From assembly GCA_003978695.1 (NCBI GenBank), contig QNYF01000062.1, forward strand, positions 1-48,677: a DNA stretch of 48,677 nucleotides, in the 5' to 3' direction. Position numbers and translations under genes: made by a program. Positions within the stretch are counted from its first letter, which is position 1, and each line of letters opens with the position of its first letter. This document shows positions 36,087 to 45,599 of this stretch, in pieces. The DNA comes from Desulfobulbus sp. (GTDB lineage: Bacteria; Desulfobacterota; Desulfobulbia; Desulfobulbales; Desulfobulbaceae). Under the pieces are notes generated by a model. The model was not told the DNA's origin. It was given only the letters and a program-made list of their open reading frames with translations, and ran no database searches.

Positions 36087-38831
36087 ATGAGCCGTTTTAC
36101 CATACCCCGCATCCTGTTTATCTTCCTCTCTGGCTGGTGTTTTTTCACCTCTTCGCTTTATGCGGCTGAGATCCGGCCCTCCCAGGATATCACAATATCT
36201 TTCAACCTTGACACGGGTACGCTTTACGGCAATTCAACGCTTTATCTGCCGCCGGAAACCACCTTGACGTTTTTTATCAACGGGCTGGCACATTTTAATA
36301 TTTCCCGAATTGCATCCGATATAAATGAACCTGTTTCTGGTACCAGTCAAGATAGAATTACTCTTCCTGCAAACTCTGCAGAACAAAAATTTTCTCTTTC
36401 CTGGCAGCTTACTCCCTCAAAAAACGGCCATGGTGCCGACAACCTGATAACCCCAAAAGGTATTGCCCTGACAGGTCTCTGGCACCCGATCCCTGACCGG
36501 GACATCGTATTTTCCCTCAAAGCAGAACTCCCGGCCGGATTTTCCGGGATCACCGAGGCAAACCGCCTGACAATCCAGACTACAGGGCATAAACGAATAC
36601 TGAAGGCATCGGCCCCACAGCCCCTTCGATCAATCAACTTTGCAGCAGGCCCATACAGGGTACACTCACGTAAAGTTGGTGCGACGACTCTCTACACCTA
36701 TTTCTTTGCCGAAGATGCCAAACTCTCCAGGGAATACCTCCGCCAGGCAGAACGCTATATTCGTTATTACGAGCAGCTGATCGGCCCCTTCCCCTACGAG
36801 CGTTATTCTCTTGTGGAAAACAGGCTGCCAACCGGTTACGGCATGCCCGGATTCACTCTGCTTGGCCAGGCAGTGATACGCCTGCCCTTTATTAAAGACA
36901 CATCTCTTGGCCATGAGATTCTTCATTCCTGGTTTGGAAATTCCCTGCAAAATGACGACTCCGGTAACTGGTGCGAAGGGTTGACCACCTCTCTGGCCGA
37001 CCTGCATTTCGCAGGAAAACAGGGCAGGGCAAAATGGTATAGAAAGAATCAAATTCTTCGTTATCAGGCCTTAATCCACAAAGACAACCTCATAACTCTT
37101 GCCGACTTTCAACACGGTGGCGACTCCCAGCCCATGGCACGGAAAATGCGTGCTATAGGATATGATAAGGGCAGCATGTTTTTCCATATGCTGCGTCGGG
37201 AAGTGGGCGATAAAGCATTTTTCAAGACGCTTAAACTCCTGTATAAAAAATATAAATTCACCCGCGTAGGCTGGGCTGAAATTGAAACTCTCTTTTCCAG
37301 GGAAGCAGGACAGGATTTAACCCGTTTTTTTGGCCAGTGGCTATTGCGAAATGACATCCCGGATATCTCGATACGCAATATTAACATCGAACAAGACAAC
37401 GGCAGCAGCATTGTTTCCTTTACGCTTGTGCAGAAAAACAAGCATCCTTATCTGCTCAAAATACCCATTATCATTGAAACGCTGAACGGTTCAAGCAGAC
37501 AAATAATTCAAGTAACGTCGCAAAACGAGAAGATAGATCTTCTGGTGGACAGTCTGCCTACAGCACTACACCTTGACCCGGAGTATGACCTGATGCGCAC
37601 GCTCACCAGTAAAGAACTCCCCCCGGCCTGGATCCGTTTTCTTGGAGCAGAACAGAAAACCGTGGTTCTCCCCGGGACTTCCGCCCTTGAGCCATACCTT
37701 CCTCTCATGGCAACACTTGAGCAACAGGGATGCAAACTGGTCCCTGCTGACGAGATAAAAAACAGTGACCTCAACCATGGCAGTTTTGTTTTCCTGGGTG
37801 AATCCCGGCACATACAAGGACTTTTTGCACAAACTGAACACGCTCCCCGTGGTTTCACCCTCGACGTACGCAACAACCCGCTGGCAAGGGGAGAAGTTAT
37901 GGTGCTCGTCAGTTCTGAATCTTCTCAGGAGACGAGTAAAATCGTCCATAAACTCAACCATTACGGTAAATACTCTTTCCTCCATTTTCTTGACGGAAAA
38001 ATCCGTGAAAAAAAGATAACCCGGGCAGAAAACGGAGTAACAACGGCCCTGATTCCTCTGCCGCAAGGAATCCCGGTTAAGAAAATCACACCTTTTGAGA
38101 CAATAATTGATCAGCTTTTGCAGAGCCGGGTCATCTATGTGGGGGAAACGCACACGGATTTTGGGGATCATATCCTGCAGCTCCAGGTAATTCAGGCATT
38201 ATTTGCCAAAAATCCCCAGCTGATGATTGGTATGGAGATGTTTCCCCGCAGCTCTCAACAGGCGCTTGACGACTATATAAGCGGAAAAATCACAGACGAA
38301 CGGGAATTTCTCAGAGCAGCAAACTACTTTTCCGCGTGGGGTTTTGATTACCGCCTCTATCGGGACATCATCAACTTTGCCAAAAAACATCACCTGCCTC
38401 TTAAAGGATTAAACCTGGATAAAAAAATTGTCAGCACTGTTTTTAAAGAGGGGGCGACAGATTCGCTCAACGACCAGCAATGGGAGCAGGTGGCGGCGGA
38501 TCGAGACCTCACCCTGCCCGGCTACAGGCAGAGGCTGGAAGAAATCCATTCCATGCATGCGGCCTCTCCCCATGGCGCAAATTTTGCCGGTTTTCTCCAG
38601 GCGCAGTCCATGTGGGACGAAACCATGGCAGAGACAATTGTGCAAAACCTGCAGGAGAACCCTGAGAAAAAAATGGTCGTTATCGCGGGTACCGGCCATG
38701 TATATAAAGACAGTGCAATCCCCCCCCGGGTTGCACGAAGAGTACCGGTTAAACAAACAGTTCTCATCGCCTCATCGCAAACAACGGTATGGACACAGGA
38801 GATACCCGGGGAAAGCACGCTGATTACCTGA
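36087..38831 (+). CDS. secreted fusion protein: M1-family zinc metallopeptidase domain + ChaN/Tiki-like (PF04187-type) domain
   Basis: Signal peptide MSRFTIPRILFIFLSGWCFFTSSLYA. Zinc site GHEILHSWFGNSLQNDDSGNWCEGLT (HExxH...E). The C-terminal ~270 aa, VIYVGETHTDFGDHILQLQVIQALF...IGMEMFP...GTGHVYKDSAIPPRV, is typical of ChaN-like proteins. Confidence 0.8.
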   Translation: MSRFTIPRILFIFLSGWCFFTSSLYAAEIRPSQDITISFNLDTGTLYGNSTLYLPPETTLTFFINGLAHFNISRIASDINEPVSGTSQDRITLPANSAEQKFSLSWQLTPSKNGHGADNLITPKGIALTGLWHPIPDRDIVFSLKAELPAGFSGITEANRLTIQTTGHKRILKASAPQPLRSINFAAGPYRVHSRKVGATTLYTYFFAEDAKLSREYLRQAERYIRYYEQLIGPFPYERYSLVENRLPTGYGMPGFTLLGQAVIRLPFIKDTSLGHEILHSWFGNSLQNDDSGNWCEGLTTSLADLHFAGKQGRAKWYRKNQILRYQALIHKDNLITLADFQHGGDSQPMARKMRAIGYDKGSMFFHMLRREVGDKAFFKTLKLLYKKYKFTRVGWAEIETLFSREAGQDLTRFFGQWLLRNDIPDISIRNINIEQDNGSSIVSFTLVQKNKHPYLLKIPIIIETLNGSSRQIIQVTSQNEKIDLLVDSLPTALHLDPEYDLMRTLTSKELPPAWIRFLGAEQKTVVLPGTSALEPYLPLMATLEQQGCKLVPADEIKNSDLNHGSFVFLGESRHIQGLFAQTEHAPRGFTLDVRNNPLARGEVMVLVSSESSQETSKIVHKLNHYGKYSFLHFLDGKIREKKITRAENGVTTALIPLPQGIPVKKITPFETIIDQLLQSRVIYVGETHTDFGDHILQLQVIQALFAKNPQLMIGMEMFPRSSQQALDDYISGKITDEREFLRAANYFSAWGFDYRLYRDIINFAKKHHLPLKGLNLDKKIVSTVFKEGATDSLNDQQWEQVAADRDLTLPGYRQRLEEIHSMHAASPHGANFAGFLQAQSMWDETMAETIVQNLQENPEKKMVVIAGTGHVYKDSAIPPRVARRVPVKQTVLIASSQTTVWTQEIPGESTLIT

Positions 38832-39175
38832 TGTTCACGCAATCTGTTACCCTTTCTCCGGCTGGCAAAATCGGTATTGTTCTCACCGAGTCAAAGGGGG
38901 ATGGCGACACGCCGCCTCGCATTTCCATCGTCCAGATTAATCCTGCTGGCAAGGCTGATGAGGCTGGCCTGAAATCCCATGATATTATTCTTGAAATTGA
39001 TGGTTTTCCGGTGGCAGCCATAGGTGATCTCAAGGCAGGTCTTGCAGATAAAAACCCCGGAGATACTGTTGTCCTTAAGATACAACGTAACAACGAGAAT
39101 ATGGATATCCCGGTTGAGCTTTCTGACATGACAAGAGCTGCCATGACCATGCCCCCAGGACATCCCGGAAAATGA
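38831..39175 (+). CDS. PDZ domain protein
   Basis: The ATG at 38831 overlaps the upstream stop (TGATG). The PDZ sequence is ISIVQINPAGKADEAGLKSHDIILEIDGFPVAAIGDLKAGLADKNPGDTVVLKIQRNN. The listed ORF start at 38789 overlaps the upstream gene. It may instead be a frameshifted C-terminus of the upstream gene. Confidence 0.65.
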   Translation: MFTQSVTLSPAGKIGIVLTESKGDGDTPPRISIVQINPAGKADEAGLKSHDIILEIDGFPVAAIGDLKAGLADKNPGDTVVLKIQRNNENMDIPVELSDMTRAAMTMPPGHPGK

Positions 39176-40107
39176 ACCTAGGCAGCCATTCGCTTGAGAG
39201 CCCATTTTTTCTGGCACCGCTTGCCGGATACACGGACCTCGCCTTTCGCCTGCTCTGCCGGGAAATGGGCGCTGGACTCACCGTCTCAGAGATGATCAGC
39301 TCAAACGGCCTCGTCCATGGTCAGGAAAAAACCCTGACCATGCTTAAGACTGTCCCGGCGGAATCCCCTTTTTGCATCCAACTCTTTGGCAATGATCCGG
39401 AAATCATGGGCCGGGCCGCAGCCATTGCCTCAGCGCATCCGACAGATCTGCTTGATATCAACATGGGCTGTCCGGTTCGCAAGGTGGTAAAAAAAGGTTC
39501 AGGAGCAGCCCTGATGAAAGATCCCGACCGGGCAGAGGCAATCATTACCGCGGTTACCGCCAATACCGACCTTCCGGTCACGGTTAAATTTCGCAGCGGC
39601 TGGACTGACGAAGCTGTAACCGCACCGGAGTTTGCGGCCATGGCAGAGAGTGCCGGGGCGGCGGCCGTTACCGTTCACGCCAGAACATGGCAACAGATGT
39701 TTGGCGGCAGGGCTGATCGCAGAATTATTGCTAAAGTTAAAGAAACAGTCAACATACCTGTTATCGGCAATGGTGACATTCTCTCTTATCAGGATGGTCT
39801 TGACATGATGCAGGAAACCGGCTGTGACGGCGTTATGGTGGGCAGGGGAGCACTGGGCAATCCCTGGGTTTTCCAGCCCGGCGGGATGCCGGATTCTCTA
39901 TCAGGAAGGCTGCCTGTTATGCAAAAGCATATGGAATATGCAAAAAAGTTTCTGGAGACGACCAGGCTGCTCTTTCGCATAAAAAACCATGCCTGCCGGT
40001 ACCTGACCGGGTTACCCGGGGCTGTCAAACTACGAGAGAAAATTATGTACTGCCCCAGCCTGGATGCTCTACAATCTTTACTCAGACAACTCGCAGACAA
40101 TATGTAA
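39172..40107 (+). CDS. dus: tRNA-dihydrouridine synthase
   Basis: LAPLAGYTDLAFRLLCREMGAGL, QLFGNDPEIM, DINMGCPVRKV and TVHARTWQQMF. Its start overlaps the PDZ ORF stop (ATGA). Confidence 0.9.
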   Translation: MNLGSHSLESPFFLAPLAGYTDLAFRLLCREMGAGLTVSEMISSNGLVHGQEKTLTMLKTVPAESPFCIQLFGNDPEIMGRAAAIASAHPTDLLDINMGCPVRKVVKKGSGAALMKDPDRAEAIITAVTANTDLPVTVKFRSGWTDEAVTAPEFAAMAESAGAAAVTVHARTWQQMFGGRADRRIIAKVKETVNIPVIGNGDILSYQDGLDMMQETGCDGVMVGRGALGNPWVFQPGGMPDSLSGRLPVMQKHMEYAKKFLETTRLLFRIKNHACRYLTGLPGAVKLREKIMYCPSLDALQSLLRQLADNM

Positions 40108-40226
40108 CGGAATTTACCGCTGTCCACCTACTGCAAAATCCACACGCCTCAATTTCACAGAAAAAAACACGTCTTGTGGTATCTTCCTTGATAACCGCCG
40201 CTTTTTTACGGTATAAAAGAAAGAGC

Positions 40227-40410
40227 GGTACTCTTCAGCTGCACCTCTCAGAATATGCGCTTACCTCTTCGTCCATTTGGGCCTGCTCAAGTAGCATAAG
40301 TACGCTGCACAGCCCCTCAATGAACAGGTACGTAGACTTCCGAATCCAAGGCACGTCGAAGAGTTAAGGAAATGGTTGTGCCCGTTTATCGCACCTGCGT
40401 GAAGAGCGAC
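40227..40410. repeat. mosaic palindromic intergenic repeat (long palindrome module + AATGGTT module)
   Basis: GGTACTCTTCAGCTGCACCTC...ATGCGCTTACCTCTTCGTCCATTTGGGCCTGCTCAAGTAGC...AATGAACAGGTACGTAGACTTCCGAA...CGAAGAGTTAAGG, then AAATGGTTGTGCCCGTTTATCGCACCTGCGTGAAGAGCGAC. It has the same orientation as copy 40906-41054. Confidence 0.75.
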
Positions 40411-40463
40411 GAAAGAACACGCCAACCGTGTGGCCTTTTTATTCAAATAATTCTGGAGTTATA

Positions 40464-40901
40464 ATGAAACTTTCAAAAACATGGCTGTTGCTCTGTTGTT
40501 TTGCACTTGTCTCACAACTCTTTATCACACCCGCCTCATATGCCAAGATGTATACCTGGACAGATCGAACCGGGAAAATCAGGCGAACATATTATCCACC
40601 CCCGGCAAACCAGGTACAAAGAAAGAAGGTAGCGAAACGTTCCACCACAAGAAAACAGGCTGTTGGCCGAAACAGCGTTGAAATATACACAACGTCCTGG
40701 TGCGGGTACTGTAAAAAAGCTATCCATTTTTTTCAGCAGCGGGGTATTGCCTATACAGTCTATAATATAGAAACAGACAAAGAAGCTGCCGCCCGAAAAC
40801 GCAAGCTCGATGGCCGCAGCGGGGTTCCTTTTGCTGTTGTCAATGGCCGGAAGATTCATGGCTTTTCAGCCAGTGCGTATGAGGCGGCTTTGAACAAATA
40901 A
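40464..40901 (+). CDS. DUF4124-like N-terminal domain + glutaredoxin-fold protein (CGYC), secreted
   Basis: ATG at 40464 with GGAG 6 nt upstream. Signal peptide MKLSKTWLLLCCFALVSQLFITPASYA, then KMYTWTDRTGKI, then VEIYTTSWCGYCKKAIHFFQQRGIAYTVYNIE...GVPFAVVNG. Confidence 0.8.
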   Translation: MKLSKTWLLLCCFALVSQLFITPASYAKMYTWTDRTGKIRRTYYPPPANQVQRKKVAKRSTTRKQAVGRNSVEIYTTSWCGYCKKAIHFFQQRGIAYTVYNIETDKEAAARKRKLDGRSGVPFAVVNGRKIHGFSASAYEAALNK

Positions 40902-40905
40902 TTCT

Positions 40906-41054
40906 GTAACTCTTCAGGAGTACCTCACGGAGTCTGCGCTTACCTCTTTATCCATTTAAGCCTGCTCGAGCAGCGCAAGTACGCTTCACAGCCTTAATGA
41001 ACAGGGACAGGACAATGGTTATGGTCGTTTATTGAACCTGCTGGGAGAGTTACC
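40906..41054. repeat. mosaic palindromic intergenic repeat, reference-like copy
   Basis: GTAACTCTTCAGGAGTACCTCACGGAGTCTGCGCTTACCTCTTTATCCATTTAAGCCTGCTCGAGCAGCGCAAGTACGCTTCACAGCCTTAATGAACAGG, then GACAGGACAATGGTTATGGTCGTTTATTGAACCTGCTGGGAGAGTTACC. It lies between the convergent grx-like gene and tilS. Confidence 0.8.
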
Positions 41055-41062
41055 ATAATTCT

Positions 41063-42091
41063 TTATGTGAAAAGTCGGCCACGCCACGGAGTGTGGCCGA
41101 CAGGATAGGTAAATTCTAGGTATTCACGAAAGACCCCCACCCGCAGGCCCCGACAAAGATGCAGCTCACTTTTATTTCTGCCTGATGCTGCAGTCCGGCA
41201 GACAGCCATAATATGGTCGTAGCTGGCAGTTCCTCCCAACTCCCATAACAATTGCTCAACTACCCTGCGCTGCAGGGCCTGATGTAAAAGGCAAAACGGT
41301 TGCCGCAGGAGCCGTGCGCTCTTCTCCTCTCCCGGTTCAGAGCGACTTGCAATAACTTGAGAAAATGCTGTTTTCGTCAGGTCCGCCAGCAGAGATTCAT
41401 CCATGGCCAGGCTGTCGGCTGTTTTCCGAAGAGACTTGCCAATACCTTCATCAAAATTCTTTTCAAGAAAAGGCAGGAGCAGATGCCGGACACGGTTACG
41501 GATATACTTTGGATCGTCATTGGAAGAATCCAGACAAAAAGAAATTTTCTGTGCAGTCAGCCATTCAAGAAGCTCCTTCTTTTCCGTCAACAGAAGAGGC
41601 CTCACAAGATCAGCGTTACGAACACGCATCCCGGAAACACCCTTACGGCCACTTCCCCGCAGAACTCTGATGAGAATCTCCTCTGCCTGGTCATCGGCTG
41701 TATGGGCAACAGCAATGTAATCCGCCTGCCTGGCACCTGCCACCTTACGAAGTGCTCTATAACGCAAATCACGGGCGGCATGTTCAATGGAGAGATGATG
41801 TTCTGCTGCAAATGAAACAACATCAACCTGGCAGGAAATAAACGGGACATTAAGCTTTGCAGCAGTCGCAGCGATAAGTTCCCTTTCGGCTTCTGTTTCC
41901 AGAGGACGCAAGCCATGATCCACCCAGACAGCCGACAACTCAAGACAAAGCTGCCCCTGAACTCCTGCGAGCAGATGCAGCAACGCCATGGAATCCGGAC
42001 CGCCGGAAACGGCAACCACAAGAGAATCCCCCTGTGCTACTGCACAGGAAGAGGTAAGGGTGTCAAGAAAATGACGAGGCAGAAAACTCAT
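41063..42091 (-). CDS. tilS: tRNA(Ile)-lysidine synthetase
   Basis: PP-loop motif VAVSGGPDSMALLHLL, then HTADDQAEEILIRVLRGSG. Confidence 0.9.
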   Translation of the reverse strand: MSFLPRHFLDTLTSSCAVAQGDSLVVAVSGGPDSMALLHLLAGVQGQLCLELSAVWVDHGLRPLETEAERELIAATAAKLNVPFISCQVDVVSFAAEHHLSIEHAARDLRYRALRKVAGARQADYIAVAHTADDQAEEILIRVLRGSGRKGVSGMRVRNADLVRPLLLTEKKELLEWLTAQKISFCLDSSNDDPKYIRNRVRHLLLPFLEKNFDEGIGKSLRKTADSLAMDESLLADLTKTAFSQVIASRSEPGEEKSARLLRQPFCLLHQALQRRVVEQLLWELGGTASYDHIMAVCRTAASGRNKSELHLCRGLRVGVFREYLEFTYPVGHTPWRGRLFT

Positions 42092-42257
42092 TTTGACTCA
42101 AATCCAGCGAACGAAAAACAGACAGAAAAAGACGACGTAAACGCTTTACGCAAGGCAAACTGCGATAAAAAAGAGGAATGCCCCCAAATAGAGCACCCCC
42201 CACCGGACTCGGCGGGGGAGATAAAGAAAGATTCACTCGATCAAAAAACCAAAGGAA

Positions 42258-43636
<1,379 letters not shown>

Positions 43637-43640
<4 letters not shown>

Positions 43641-43930
43641 TTTGCCCCTCCCTTATCTTTTTTCTTAAACATTTCCAGCATACGGTTTGTCACCACATAA
43701 CCGCCAACCACATTGATTGTGGCAAAGGTCACTGCCAGAGTGCCGAGAAGTGCTGAAAAAACATAATTATCAGCATGAAGCGATGCCAGCGCACCGACCA
43801 GAGTAATCCCTGAAATCGCATTAGATCCGGACATGAGCGGAGTATGCAGCGTCGACGGCACCTTGGAGATGAGCTCAAAGCCCAGGAAAATAGCCAACAC
43901 AAAAACAAAGGTTAAATATACCGATTCCAT
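43637..43930 (-). CDS. pntAB: NAD(P) transhydrogenase subunit alpha part 2
   Basis: A 97-aa 3-TM protein with HTPLMSGSNAISGITLVGAL. Its stop overlaps the pntB start. Confidence 0.9.
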
Positions 43931-43937
43931 TGCTACC

Positions 43938-45074
43938 TCACTTATTCATAATGGACTTATACATTTCGCTGACGATTTCACCGTTATGGGTTATCAATGC
44001 ACCCTGCATGATTTCGTCTTCACGATCCAGGACAAACACACCTGCCTCCTTATCCCAGAAATGATCCACAAAATTGCCAAGATTTGAAGAATACATCTGG
44101 CTGGCAGTCTCAGCCGCCCGCCCGGGCAGGTTGCCAAGACCAATAACCTTGACACCCTCAATCTCAACGATCTTGTCAACTTCTGATCCTTCAACATTGC
44201 CGCCGGTTTCAACCGCCATGTCAATAATGACGGAACCAGGTCGCATGGCAGCCAGCATGGCCCGGTCAACGATGCGGGGAGCCGGACGTCCAAATAACTG
44301 GGCCGTGGTTATAACCACATCCGCATTGGCACAGGCTTTGGCCATTTCCTCTTTCTGCTTGGCCATCTGCTCCGGAGTTAGCTCTTTGGCATACCCATCC
44401 TTGGTCTGCCCGGTTTCGCCAAGATCGACTTTGACAAACTTAGCCCCCAGGGACTTCACCTGCTCTTCGACTACAGGCCTGGTGTCAAAGGCTTCAACAC
44501 GCGCACCAAGACGCTTGGCAGTGGCAATGGCCTGCAAACCGGCCACACCGACACCAATAATAAACACACGGGCAGGCTTTATGGTGCCGGCCGGAGTGGT
44601 CATCATGGGGAACACCTTGTCCAGATGATCCGCGCCAAGTATTACCGCAACATAGCCGCCCAGGTTAGCCTGGGAAGATAACACATCCATTTTCTGAGCT
44701 ACTGTTGTCCGGGGGATCATCTCCAGGCTGACCGCAGAGATACCAGCTTCCTTTAATTTATCCACCAGTTCAACTTCATTAAACGGATCCAGATAACTCA
44801 CATGGATACACCCTTTTTTCATGGTCTCGACTTCGTCCATTGGTGGTTTACGCAACCTGAGCACCATATCGGAAGAACTGAGCATTTCTGCCCTGTCGCT
44901 GCCGATAACCGCCCCTGCCTTCACATAATCAGCATCTTCAAACCGGCACGGCATGCCAAGACCGGATTCAATCTCAATGTTTGCACCCAGTTTTGTTAAT
45001 TTTTCTACGGTTGCCGGAACCAGAGGGACACGATTTTCCCCCTTATAGAGCTCTTTCATGACCGCAATTTTCAT
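43938..45074 (-). CDS. pntAA: NAD(P) transhydrogenase subunit alpha part 1
   Basis: Alanine-dehydrogenase/PNT fold: MKIAVMKELYKGENRVPLVPATV, IIGVGVAGLQAIATAKRLGARVEAFDTRP. Confidence 0.95.
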   Translation of the reverse strand: MKIAVMKELYKGENRVPLVPATVEKLTKLGANIEIESGLGMPCRFEDADYVKAGAVIGSDRAEMLSSSDMVLRLRKPPMDEVETMKKGCIHVSYLDPFNEVELVDKLKEAGISAVSLEMIPRTTVAQKMDVLSSQANLGGYVAVILGADHLDKVFPMMTTPAGTIKPARVFIIGVGVAGLQAIATAKRLGARVEAFDTRPVVEEQVKSLGAKFVKVDLGETGQTKDGYAKELTPEQMAKQKEEMAKACANADVVITTAQLFGRPAPRIVDRAMLAAMRPGSVIIDMAVETGGNVEGSEVDKIVEIEGVKVIGLGNLPGRAAETASQMYSSNLGNFVDHFWDKEAGVFVLDREDEIMQGALITHNGEIVSEMYKSIMNK

Positions 45075-45205
45075 AGAGTCACTCCTTACGCTTATACAAT
45101 ATTATATCCGACAATTCCTATCCCTGTCGAAATCCTGTGTGTAAAGGGTCAGCTAAATACAGACCAAGATACAACGCATTGATCGTTTTTACACGAAATA
45201 CTAAA

Positions 45206-45305
45206 AGGTGCCTTGAAAAATCTGAATTTTCATTTTCTTGTGACGCAGAGGTAAGCGGACCTGCGAGACGCCGAAAGGCAATTTTTCAAGGTACCCTGAA
45301 GTAAC
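45206..45305. repeat. degenerate copy of the mosaic palindromic repeat
   Basis: Inverted repeat AAGGTGCCTTGAAAAAT (45206-21) / ATTTTTCAAGGTACCCT (45281-97), interior GAGGTAAGCGGACCTGCGAGACGCC, and end CCTGAAGTAAC. It sits in tandem with copy 45345-45487. Confidence 0.5.
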
Positions 45306-45344
45306 ACTTTAGATGGGTGCTGAAAACCTGTAAGACGACCGGCA

Positions 45345-45487
45345 TTAACTTCAAGAGTACCTCTTGTTCGGAATCTTCGCGTACCTGTTCATTTAAAGAG
45401 TGGGAAGCTTACTTTTGCACTACTCATGCAGGCGTAAATGGACAAAAAGGTAAGCGCAGACTCCGTGAGGCACTCCTGAAGAGTTTC
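45345..45487. repeat. mosaic palindromic intergenic repeat, inverted orientation
   Basis: TTAACTTCAAGAGTACC...CGCGTACCTGTTCATTTAAAG...GCGTAAATGGACAAAAAGGTAAGCGCAGACTCCGTGAGGCACTCCTGAAGAGTTTC. By eye it is close to identical to the reverse complement of 40906-41006. Confidence 0.8.
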
Positions 45488-45599
45488 AGAAAACACATCA
45501 TTTACTTGCGCGGCAGGAAACAGCTTAACGGATGATTCCGCTTACAAAGAACGTGGAAATTTCTGTCGGAGACGCTCAAGAAGCCGCTCATGAATATTA

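Noticed and set aside
40176-40367. 63-aa ORF (and similarly 45317..45535, 72 aa; 30117..30332, 71 aa; 16152..16346, 64 aa)
   Set aside because: These lie inside intergenic repeat copies or hairpin-rich spacers, with no RBS and an unconvincing composition. I treated them as spurious.
42092-42257. G/C hairpin CCCCCACCG-GACT-CGGCGGGGG between pntB and tilS
   Set aside because: The stem is imperfect and no adjacent U-run follows on the transcribed strand, so the evidence is insufficient for a terminator call.
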